IMG/VR virus record: IMGVR_UViG_3300027933_000045
Span: 1-8,512 of that record
Direction: 5' to 3' (one strand)
DNA length: 8,512 nt
Shown: positions 1 through 6,424 of the stretch, piece after piece
Layout of the letters: every line of letters starts with the position of its first letter
Numbering within the stretch: position 1 is the stretch's first letter
The notes under the pieces: generated by a model
What the model was told of the DNA's origin: nothing
Database searches by the model: none
Seen by the model: only the letters and a program-made list of their open reading frames with translations
Program-made: the position numbers and the translations under genes

Positions 1-277
1 CGAATCTGTGGCTCATCTGAGTGTAAGAGGCTATTCTATGTCTGACCAACTGGTGACTAGCGACTCTAGATATGTCCTCTATAGAGAAAGTATAAACGGA
101 GTGTTCCAAGACTGACCAATACCCGTGCAGTATAGCGTCTTTAATCCATGTTTCCATTTCTTCTTTGGTCATGTCTTTCTCATGATGTTCCCATCCCTTC
201 CTACTCCTGGACATCTTAGATGCTATAGCCACGACTTTCTCTCCATCTTTAGAAAAAGAAACTAATTGAATTTTCAT
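1..277 (-). CDS. thyX: Flavin-dependent thymidylate synthase ThyX, N-terminal 92 aa (runs off the left edge)
   Basis: Manual translation from ATG at 277: [92 protein letters not shown]. It contains the ThyX signature RHRxxSxxxxSxR ([13 protein letters not shown]), plus SVLEH and ISR-x3-QLVRHR. Not in the supplied ORF track. Confidence 0.95.
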   Translation of the reverse strand, partial: MKIQLVSFSKDGEKVVAIASKMSRSRKGWEHHEKDMTKEEMETWIKDAILHGYWSVLEHSVYTFSIEDISRVASHQLVRHRIASYTQMSHRF

Positions 278-292
278 TTATATCATCTTTTT

Positions 293-481
293 CTATTTCA
301 ATCTCATTATTTTTTCTACTCTGGCTTTTGGATTTGTTTCTTTTTCCAATTCCTCTTGCAAGAACTTTTGTAACGCTAATCTTATCACTTCACTTCTATA
401 CATTCTATGATTCATTGCATATGTATCCATTTTTATTATTAGATCTTCATCAGCTTTGAATACAATTACTCTAAGTCCCAT
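293..481 (-). CDS. Ribbon-helix-helix (CopG-like) DNA-binding protein, 62 aa
   Basis: Alternating beta strand RVIVFKAD, helix, then RSEVIRLALQKFL (classic RHH helix B). The start abuts the upstream stop (TAAATG), with an SD-like GGGG upstream. Confidence 0.85.
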   Translation of the reverse strand: MGLRVIVFKADEDLIIKMDTYAMNHRMYRSEVIRLALQKFLQEELEKETNPKARVEKIMRLK

Positions 482-760
482 TTAAATTACCCCTTCTACT
501 CTCTTTACTGTATTCATTTTTCCTACAGTTATGCCAATTGTAAATTCTTTATCTTCTGAGAATTTATATAGCCTAATTTCAAAGTAAAAAGTTCTATTTC
601 TCATTGTTAAATAACCGTTAATTATTCTTTCCTTCTTTGTATAGAATAATATCTCGAATTTTCCAGAAAAATTTATTGCACCGTTTAAAATATTATATAT
701 ATCTTCCTCTTCCATTCTATTTATTATATTTTTAATTTCTTGAAGGGTTTGTGAGTCCAT
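482..760 (-). CDS. Hypothetical viral protein, 92 aa
   Basis: Clean ORF with SD GAGGAG just upstream and a TATA+GTC promoter at 787-798. Translationally coupled to the RHH gene. Confidence 0.75.
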   Translation of the reverse strand: MDSQTLQEIKNIINRMEEEDIYNILNGAINFSGKFEILFYTKKERIINGYLTMRNRTFYFEIRLYKFSEDKEFTIGITVGKMNTVKRVEGVI

Positions 761-782
761 TTCTCCTCAAGATCAGATAGGC

Positions 783-798
783 ATATGACGTTTAAAAA
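783..798 (-). promoter_or_regulatory. TATA+GTC promoter for the 92-aa/RHH(/thyX) unit
   Basis: Minus strand TTTTTAAA-C-GTC-ATAT. Confidence 0.7.
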
Positions 799-822
799 CA
801 TTTATATTTTTAGACTTTTAGT

Positions 823-1437
823 TCAGAACAGTGATCCATAGCATTTTCCTTTAAATTCACAGTTCTTACAGAAATATGAATTAACAGGCGGTATATTTTT
901 ATGATCTTCCATCTTTATATATTCTTTAAATTTCTTTATCCATTCTATCGCTTTTTGTATATATTCATCTATCAATTTCTTGTCTATTAAGAATTGTTTA
1001 ACTTCTCTATTTAGTCTATTCAAATATATAATATAGATATTGTCAATTTTATAATTCTGTTGCTGAAGTAGATAGTAATATATTGCAACTTGGTAAAGAT
1101 GATACTCTTTTATTTGGAAATAGTTAGTTGAGATTGTTTTTAACTCTATAAGATCATTATTACAAATTAGATCTATCCTTCCTGATATTTTCATTCCCTC
1201 AATTTCTCCATTTATTTCAATTTCAGGTTTACAATTTAGTTTTTCTTCAAAATAATGCTCAACTTTCTCATGATACTGTTCACCAAGATCAAGACTAATT
1301 TCATTTACTGCTTTCTCAAATTCAAATTTTCTACTAAAATAGCTTTTTCTAAAGCAAATTCCAATTTCGCTAGGAAATATTGTATCTTCTGGATATTTCA
1401 TTTTGAAACTTTGCTTAACAAATTCTTCATAATTCAT
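823..1437 (-). CDS. cas4: Cas4-like / RecB-family PD-(D/E)xK nuclease with Fe-S cluster cysteines (SIRV2 gp19/ORF207-like)
   Basis: N-terminal C (GICFRK), GRIDL...IELKT catalytic motifs, QVAIY (QxxxY), and C-terminal [10 protein letters not shown]. Third gene of the conserved rudivirus/lipothrixvirus cluster. SD GGTGA upstream. Confidence 0.9.
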   Translation of the reverse strand: MNYEEFVKQSFKMKYPEDTIFPSEIGICFRKSYFSRKFEFEKAVNEISLDLGEQYHEKVEHYFEEKLNCKPEIEINGEIEGMKISGRIDLICNNDLIELKTISTNYFQIKEYHLYQVAIYYYLLQQQNYKIDNIYIIYLNRLNREVKQFLIDKKLIDEYIQKAIEWIKKFKEYIKMEDHKNIPPVNSYFCKNCEFKGKCYGSLF

Positions 1438-1439
1438 AG

Positions 1440-2750
1440 TTATTCACCGCCAAAGTTGCTAAATCTCATAAAATTAATTATTTGGTTACAAATTTCATCA
1501 TTAGTTTTTTGGCCTATTTGAAGATCAATATCAAAGGCCTGAAGAATCAGTTGTATATCGATACTTTGTTCTTGTCTTCTGGACTGAAGAGTATCACAGA
1601 TTACATAATTTGTAGTTCTATTAATCTTATCTTGAATGATTTCTACTAAGGCCTTCAAAATTGAGGGATATAAAACTCTTCCATTTATTACTCTTTCATA
1701 AGTTTTTTTCACTGCTAATTGTATAATATGAATTCTGTCTAGAATAGCAGAAGTAAATATTTCATAATTGGCTAAATAGTCCTCAAGGTCAGGAGTTTTT
1801 AGTCGATCTATTGTCATAGAATATGGATTTCCTGCGTAAATAATTGGAATGCATTTTTGTATAGTTGCTGATTTGGATTCTGAACCGGCCCCTCTTGTCC
1901 ATATACAATTTTCAATTCCAGTTGATAAAGTTGAATTTATGGCACTTAATTCTTTTGCAGAAAATCCATCTTTCCAAGTTTGTATTTCGTCAAAAATTAG
2001 GCCATTTGATAAAAATACTGCACCGTACATATTATTTCTTGCATCATAAACCAAATTCGCATATGTTGGAGATTCTGTATAATAACGAAAGTTAAAGACT
2101 TCCTGAAGAATCATGAAATTTGTTGTTTTTCCAGTTCCTCTGTTGGAAATTTCGATAAAATTAATTTGTCTTTTTGTGATTGGAGATTTAAAAAGTGGCA
2201 TTAATCTAGGAAGTGTAAGAAATATATCATTTACTTCCATTTTTGTTGGGTCATATCCGAAAGCCTGAAGAAGAAGAGCATATGTTTGTTTTTCTGAATT
2301 AGCTATCTCGAATAATTCTTTTGCAATTTCATAATTATTTGGTGGTTCAATTGAATAAATATCTGATATATACCAATTTTCTACTCCTTTTCTTATTTTA
2401 ACAAACATATAGCTAGTTACTAAATTATAGAAATCATCTGGATTATCTGCAATTTGATGAGGATCAAAAGAGCCTACAAATCCATTTTGAAATCTTGCTA
2501 TTATTTCATTTCCTTTAACTTTAAAATTTGTTATCTTAGAGATGAATTTTATTTCGTTGAAAAATGGCAAGTTAGAGTTAAAATATTGTTGATCAGTCCC
2601 GCGTTTATAAGCCTTTAAAATTCCATTTTTCTTAGATTCTTCAATTTGTTTTTCACCAATTATAAGATTTAAAATTCTTTCAGTATCACGGGGGTTGTAA
2701 AAAAATGAGTGAGATTTTACTTTATCTAGAAATTGCGTTGAACTGTTCAT
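1440..2750 (-). CDS. AAA+ ATPase (MCM/BrxL-Lon-like ATPase domain; SIRV2 gp18/ORF436-like, ssDNA annealing)
   Basis: 436 aa. Walker [10 protein letters not shown], Walker B LIFDE, sensor-1 IYAGN, Arg-finger-like AILDRI. Size and position between the ssDNA-binding protein and the nuclease match the rudivirus cluster. Confidence 0.88.
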   Translation of the reverse strand: MNSSTQFLDKVKSHSFFYNPRDTERILNLIIGEKQIEESKKNGILKAYKRGTDQQYFNSNLPFFNEIKFISKITNFKVKGNEIIARFQNGFVGSFDPHQIADNPDDFYNLVTSYMFVKIRKGVENWYISDIYSIEPPNNYEIAKELFEIANSEKQTYALLLQAFGYDPTKMEVNDIFLTLPRLMPLFKSPITKRQINFIEISNRGTGKTTNFMILQEVFNFRYYTESPTYANLVYDARNNMYGAVFLSNGLIFDEIQTWKDGFSAKELSAINSTLSTGIENCIWTRGAGSESKSATIQKCIPIIYAGNPYSMTIDRLKTPDLEDYLANYEIFTSAILDRIHIIQLAVKKTYERVINGRVLYPSILKALVEIIQDKINRTTNYVICDTLQSRRQEQSIDIQLILQAFDIDLQIGQKTNDEICNQIINFMRFSNFGGE

Positions 2751-2766
2751 GTAGAAAAAAATGATC

Positions 2767-2781
2767 TATGACGTTTTAAAA
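2767..2781 (-). promoter_or_regulatory. Internal TATA+GTC promoter for the ATPase
   Basis: Minus strand TTTTAAAA-C-GTC-ATA overlapping the SSB stop codon, about 24 nt from ATG 2750. Confidence 0.6.
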
Positions 2782-3174
2782 CTCTTCCTCAACGTTCTTT
2801 TTACTTGCCTTTCTTGGTTTTTCCGCTTTTTCACTTTCTTCTTCATTACCAAGTTCCAATTCTTCTTCTCTTGGCATGTTACTATTTCTTGGAGTGAATC
2901 TTATGTATTCGTTCAGTAAGTCGGCATATTTATTTAAGAATTCGCTAATTAGTCTTAGATCTTCAGCATCACTCGCAGTTATTCCTATCTGTTTCCTAAA
3001 ATTATTAGCGGAATGTATTGTCATACTGTATCTTACCGAACTTCCGTTAGGTATTGCATTTAGCTGAACTACTATTCTCCGTATTCCCTTAATTTTTAGC
3101 ACTCTTGACATTATTTTATTTTGTTCTCTTGCTTGTTTACCTATCTCATCTATTATTTCTTTGAGGGACGCCAT
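2776..3174 (-). CDS. ssDNA-binding protein (SIRV2 gp17/ORF131-like)
   Basis: 132 aa with a basic folded core (RVLKIKGIRRIVVQLNA, NNFRKQIGI) and a disordered charged tail ending EEEF, typical of SSBs. First gene of the cluster. SD GGGAG. Confidence 0.85.
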   Translation of the reverse strand: MASLKEIIDEIGKQAREQNKIMSRVLKIKGIRRIVVQLNAIPNGSSVRYSMTIHSANNFRKQIGITASDAEDLRLISEFLNKYADLLNEYIRFTPRNSNMPREEELELGNEEESEKAEKPRKASKKNVEEEF

Positions 3175-3200
3175 ACATACTCCCTAACTAAAAACTTAGA

Positions 3201-3220
3201 ATATGACATATTTATATATT
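3201..3220 (-). promoter_or_regulatory. TATA+GTC promoter of the SSB-ATPase-nuclease operon
   Basis: Minus strand AATATATAAATATGTCATAT, nearly identical to the svtR promoter at 4308-4326. Confidence 0.72.
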
Positions 3221-3263
3221 TATAGCTATTCGGAAGAAGACAGAAGTAGATATAAAAAAATAC

Positions 3264-3554
3264 TTAACTTATTTGGAAGAATATAGATCTTATTATTTTA
3301 GCAATTTTAATATTATACTTTCTAGATAGTTCTTCTAATTTTTGGTAATATAGCTCATCTACCGTAAAAAATACTCTTTCGTCATAAATTTCTCTACTTT
3401 CCATTTCTCTAAAGTCTTTTTGTTGATTTAATATTTTGTCTATCTCTTGCTTTATTAGCTCACGTTTTTCATAAAAAAGATTTTTATACTTTGCGGGTAT
3501 TCTAAGTTCTATATACTTATTTTTTTGTTTCTTCATACTTTTCTCTTCTTTCAT
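3264..3554 (-). CDS. Basic 96-aa protein with RHH-like C-terminal domain (possibly tandem RHH)
   Basis: RVFFTVDELYYQKLEELSRKYNIKIAKIIRSIF fits the RHH pattern. The N-terminal KYIELRIPAKYK resembles a second ribbon. Confidence 0.65.
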   Translation of the reverse strand: MKEEKSMKKQKNKYIELRIPAKYKNLFYEKRELIKQEIDKILNQQKDFREMESREIYDERVFFTVDELYYQKLEELSRKYNIKIAKIIRSIFFQIS

Positions 3555-3576
3555 CTACAATATAAACGTTCCATAT

Positions 3577-3589
3577 ACATTTAAATGTC
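3577..3589. promoter_or_regulatory. Palindromic bidirectional TATA (rep / 96-aa gene)
   Basis: ACATTTAAATGT is a perfect 12-bp palindrome. TTTAAA lies 23 nt from rep ATG and 26 nt from the opposite ATG. GTC follows on the rep side. Confidence 0.6.
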
Positions 3590-3607
3590 AGGTTTTCATT
3601 TGAGGCT

Positions 3608-3955
3608 ATGGACTATGAAAAAGTTTTTAGCTTTCACTTTCTTTACGTTTATACTTATTTTATTACGATCGCAACAAATTATCGATATAATTCAGTTACT
3701 CCAATTTTTCAAAGATTTAAAAAATATGCTTATGGACATGATAAAAATTCACATATTTTTTCAGTTAAGGAATATACAACTAAGGCACATGGCTTACATT
3801 ATCATATTTTATATTTTACTAATAAAAAATTGGATTATTCTAGAGTTCATGAGAAAATGCCAAAACATTCAGATATCAGAATTCAATTAGTTCCAAAAAC
3901 AAAAAGTGACATAAAAAAAGTTTTTACTTATATGTTAAAAAATCAAATTACTTAA
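3608..3955 (+). CDS. rep: HUH-superfamily Rep endonuclease (SIRV ORF119-like replication initiator)
   Basis: Motif I-like YFITI, E..T...GLHYHIL (HUH motif II) and YMLK (YxxK motif III). About 115 aa, divergent from the SSB cluster as in rudiviruses. Confidence 0.9.
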   Translation: MDYEKVFSFHFLYVYTYFITIATNYRYNSVTPIFQRFKKYAYGHDKNSHIFSVKEYTTKAHGLHYHILYFTNKKLDYSRVHEKMPKHSDIRIQLVPKTKSDIKKVFTYMLKNQIT

Positions 3956-3956
3956 A

Positions 3957-4253
3957 TTATTTAGTTTGTTGAGTTTGCTGATTTTGATGTTGTTCAACTT
4001 TTTTCTGTGCTAAACTATTAACATCTCTTAATGTATCCATATTCAATAATGCATTAACACCAAGAGTTGTAGTATCTTTAATTGATTCAACTGCTGAAAT
4101 TGTAGATTTTGTCATTTGATCAATTGCTATTTGAAATGATTGATTTGCCTGTTTTTGATTGTATAAATGTACTACTTCTCCAACTACATAACTTGCAATT
4201 AATATGCCCATTAATGTTAGAAATCCTTCTAGTGCCACTGTTTCTAGGCTCAT
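3957..4253 (-). CDS. PVAP: virus-associated pyramid (egress/lysis) protein, SIRV2 P98 / STIV C92 family
   Basis: 98 aa with one N-terminal TM helix, then GEVVHLYNQKQ...AIDQMTKST...ESIKDTTTLGVNALLNMDTLRDVNSLA, recognisable as the SIRV P98 sequence. Confidence 0.92.
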   Translation of the reverse strand: MSLETVALEGFLTLMGILIASYVVGEVVHLYNQKQANQSFQIAIDQMTKSTISAVESIKDTTTLGVNALLNMDTLRDVNSLAQKKVEQHQNQQTQQTK

Positions 4254-4307
4254 ACTAATTCTATTTTTAGAAAGATGGTCAATAATAAACTTTTCTCAAA
4301 AAATCAA

Positions 4308-4333
4308 AATATATAAATATGTCATAATATTCA
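4308..4333 (+). promoter_or_regulatory. svtR promoter (TATA+GTC) with adjacent AATATTCA
   Basis: AATATATAAATATGTCATAATATTCA. Confidence 0.7.
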
Positions 4334-4351
4334 TTTGATGAATGAGGAAAA

Positions 4352-4513
4352 ATGGCAGAAAAGTTAAAAAGTCAAAAAGTAGTTTTTGGAATTAACATAA
4401 ATAAGGAATTAAAGTTGAAGTTGAAGAAATATTGTGTTGAGCAGGATAAAACGCTAACTGAGGCTATAGAAGAGGCAATTGTTGAATATCTGCAGAAAAG
4501 GGGAGTTAAATAA
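4352..4513 (+). CDS. svtR: SvtR-like ribbon-helix-helix transcriptional repressor, 53 aa
   Basis: Manual translation MAEKLKSQKVVFGININKELKLKLKKYCVEQDKTLTEAIEEAIVEYLQKRGVK resembles SIRV1 ORF56b (VFGI...LK.YC......LT.AIEEAI.EYLQKR). SD GAGG at 4344-4347, TATA+GTC at 4312-4323. Below the ORF-track cutoff. Confidence 0.88.
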   Translation: MAEKLKSQKVVFGININKELKLKLKKYCVEQDKTLTEAIEEAIVEYLQKRGVK

Positions 4514-4555
4514 AAATACTGAGAAAGTTTTTGAATTGAATAAAAAAACTCTTTT

Positions 4556-5074
4556 TTAACTATTAAATTTTGGCAATGTTACATTATTTTGATATTGATA
4601 TTTGCCATGATACGGATTTTCAACTGGTGTTAATGTCTTTGCAAAAATTAAATGTAGAAATCTTTGCCCAGTTTCAAGTTTTATTGGAAATTCTGAGCCT
4701 ACAATTTCTATAGTTAATTGTCCTCTAAATCCTGCATCCACAATTGTCGGCGGAATAAATAGGCCAAGTCTTGCGAAAGTTGAACGTAAATTTACAAATG
4801 CCATTACATCATTCGGGAGTTCTATATATTCAAGTGTTGTCATTAATGCATGTTCATGCGGAAAAACTATAAAATGATTAGAATTTGTGACAGTATAGAA
4901 ATCTTCAATATTTTTACCGATTTCAAAAACTTGATCTGTTTTTCTTAATCTTGCAAATTGTGGGCCAATTCTCAAATCTATGCCGTTTTCTCTTATAATT
5001 TCTTCTGAAAAAGGTCTAATAAAAATTAGGCCTTTTTCAAGATAATACTTTAAATCACGGTCACTTAAGATCAT
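4556..5074 (-). CDS. dcd: Trimeric dCTP deaminase/dUTPase family enzyme, 172 aa
   Basis: [40 protein letters not shown] and PYHGKYQ motifs, typical of Sulfolobales Dcd and the SIRV dUTPase. Exact activity cannot be determined from sequence. Confidence 0.9.
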   Translation of the reverse strand: MILSDRDLKYYLEKGLIFIRPFSEEIIRENGIDLRIGPQFARLRKTDQVFEIGKNIEDFYTVTNSNHFIVFPHEHALMTTLEYIELPNDVMAFVNLRSTFARLGLFIPPTIVDAGFRGQLTIEIVGSEFPIKLETGQRFLHLIFAKTLTPVENPYHGKYQYQNNVTLPKFNS

Positions 5075-5101
5075 GTTTGATCTGTTTTTTGACTTAAGAT
5101 A

Positions 5102-5120
5102 TGACGTATATATTTCTAGT
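5102..5120 (-). repeat. 19-bp promoter repeat, copy 1 (dcd/dUTPase promoter)
   Basis: tgacgtatatatttctagt, 18/19 identical to 5426-5444. Confidence 0.75.
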
Positions 5121-5245
5121 TATTTTAAAGCGTGAATTATTGTTAAAAATATAAGCGTAAGTAGAAAAATATCTAATGTAATATAAAAAAACATTATTAT
5201 TTTAAATTTTCTTTCAGTAAGCCATATTTTGTTTTTCTTATCCAT
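5120..5245 (-). CDS. Small single-TM protein, 41 aa
   Basis: MDKKNKIWLTERKFKIIMFFYITLDIFLLTLIFLTIIHALK: basic N-terminus plus hydrophobic C-terminal helix. Start overlaps the upstream stop, GAGGG lies upstream, and the ORF fills the gap exactly. Confidence 0.55.
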   Translation of the reverse strand: MDKKNKIWLTERKFKIIMFFYITLDIFLLTLIFLTIIHALK

Positions 5246-5408
5246 GTAGATCTAATCCCTCATCAAGTAATACAACATCATTCATGGGGGGGTATGTAGG
5301 AATGAATTTAACCCAGTGACCATAGCATAATATATAACAATCCTCTCCATCACATCTAATTTTATTTTTATCACATTCGGTTTTAAAAGACATGTTTTCC
5401 CATCTCAT
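5238..5408 (-). CDS. Small Cys-rich protein, 56 aa (alternative start 5393)
   Basis: MRWENMSFKTECDKNKIRCDGEDCYILCYGHWVKFIPTYPPMNDVVLLDEGLDLHG. Directly downstream of the TATA+GTC promoter at 5427-5439. Confidence 0.6.
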   Translation of the reverse strand: MRWENMSFKTECDKNKIRCDGEDCYILCYGHWVKFIPTYPPMNDVVLLDEGLDLHG

Positions 5409-5425
5409 CTTTACTTTTGGTTATC

Positions 5426-5444
5426 TGACATATATATTTCTAGT
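5426..5444 (-). repeat. 19-bp promoter repeat, copy 2
   Basis: tgacatatatatttctagt, 18/19 identical to 5102-5120. Confidence 0.75.
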
Positions 5445-5686
5445 CATGTCTTTCTTTTCAATATTTCAATTTCTAGTTTAAGTTCATCAATCTCATCATA
5501 AATATCAGCAAAAATATCATAAATTACAGTATATAAAAATGCAAAAATTCCAGATGCAAAAATTACTACTATTACAATATCTAACATATTTTTTGTTAGA
5601 ATTCCTAATGATAAAATTATTAAAGCTAAAAATGTAAAAAATAGAAAAAATAAGAAGAGTAATATTCTCCAAAAATCTCTATCCAT
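5444..5686 (-). CDS. Two-TM membrane protein with acidic coiled-coil tail, 80 aa
   Basis: Two long hydrophobic stretches, then DIYDEIDELKLEIEILKRK. TATA+GTC promoter at 5715-5727. Confidence 0.7.
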   Translation of the reverse strand: MDRDFWRILLFLFFLFFTFLALIILSLGILTKNMLDIVIVVIFASGIFAFLYTVIYDIFADIYDEIDELKLEIEILKRKT

Positions 5687-5741
5687 ATTTTGTCATTTTT
5701 ATTTTCAGTTTTCTGACAAATTTATAAGTTTCTATTTCAAA

Positions 5742-5864
5742 TTATTTGGAAGATTTTGTATTAAGCTCATAATATGCCTCAATCAACATTTTTCTAAATT
5801 CTTCTAAATCTTCTTTACTTTCAATCACTAAGTAACCTTCTCCATCTTTTTCTTCAATTCTCAT
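5742..5864 (-). CDS. Small acidic protein, 40 aa (in-frame alternative start 5888)
   Basis: MRIEEKDGEGYLVIESKEDLEEFRKMLIEAYYELNTKSSK, protein-like (beta-hairpin plus amphipathic helix). BRE/TATA AAAAGTTTTTTAAA ends 24 nt upstream, consistent with a leaderless mRNA. Confidence 0.65.
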   Translation of the reverse strand: MRIEEKDGEGYLVIESKEDLEEFRKMLIEAYYELNTKSSK

Positions 5865-5920
5865 GTATGAATATTTGTTATTAAACATTTAAAAAACTTT
5901 TCCTCATTCCTAATTTCTAA

Positions 5921-6220
5921 TTAAGAAGTTTCAGAGTTCGGTTTACCACAAAAAACTACAATATTAAACATATTTCTGTTATATCTCCAGTTTATAGTTA
6001 TATATTGTGGATATCGGAAAGTCTTTAGTATATATCTCAGAATTCCAATTCCCTTTTTTTCGTAAAATTTTATTGAAACATTCATTATAATTTTGATAGT
6101 TACTAGATTATTATCTTCCAAAACTAAATAATCATAAAGATTGTTAGTGTAACGTATTTTTAACCATTCAAATAGCTGAGTTGTATATTTTATACATTCG
6201 TATTTGACAATCTCATCCAT
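5921..6220 (-). CDS. Hypothetical protein, 99 aa
   Basis: ORF with AAAAAGTATTTAA promoter-like element about 25 nt upstream. No recognised motif. Confidence 0.65.
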   Translation of the reverse strand: MDEIVKYECIKYTTQLFEWLKIRYTNNLYDYLVLEDNNLVTIKIIMNVSIKFYEKKGIGILRYILKTFRYPQYITINWRYNRNMFNIVVFCGKPNSETS

Positions 6221-6383
6221 ATTACAGATTTAGCAATATGTCGATTAAATACTTTTTTCATGTTTTAGATATAGTGTCTAATACTGTATTTTATATGGGA
6301 AGTAAGAGTCAAATTGCAAACTAGTCATATACATAATATTATGAATATAGTATGTTTTCTTAGTGAAAGATCAATGACGACAA

Positions 6384-6424
6384 TAAATATTCATCATATT
6401 TATTATAAGGCGTGAATATTTAAA
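6384..6424 (+). promoter_or_regulatory. MCP promoter with 10-bp inverted repeat
   Basis: TAAATATTCA (6384-6393) and TGAATATTTA (6413-6422) with a 19-nt spacer. The right arm overlaps TTTAAA at 6419-6424. Confidence 0.6.

Noticed and set aside
823-1437. CRISPR-Cas locus or mini-array suggested by the Cas4-like gene
   Set aside because: No regularly spaced repeats and no other cas genes seen. The 19-bp repeat has two copies 324 bp apart and is a promoter.
1255-1521. 88-aa + strand ORF
   Set aside because: Antisense to the nuclease and ATPase genes. Its F/I/L richness is the expected shadow of an A-rich coding strand.
1849-2095. 66-aa and 76-aa + strand ORFs
   Set aside because: Entirely antisense to the conserved ATPase core, with no promoter or motif.
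2876-3067. 63-aa + strand ORF
   Set aside because: Antisense shadow of the SSB gene.
3585-3890. 101-aa alternative-frame ORF overlapping rep
   Set aside because: Its ATG lies inside the TATA/GTC element, upstream of the likely TSS. The rep frame carries all the HUH motifs.
3608-3955. IS200/IS605 TnpA transposase
   Set aside because: It shares the HUH/Y1 fold, but there are no flanking hairpins or tnpB, and the context matches the rudiviral Rep.
5286-5292. G7 homopolymer as a phase-variation or frameshift site
   Set aside because: It reads in frame as Tyr-Pro-Pro. A single 7-mer is not evidence without read-level length variation.
6341-6415. 24-codon + strand ORF upstream of MCP
   Set aside because: Too short, no SD or clear promoter, and it runs through the inverted repeat.
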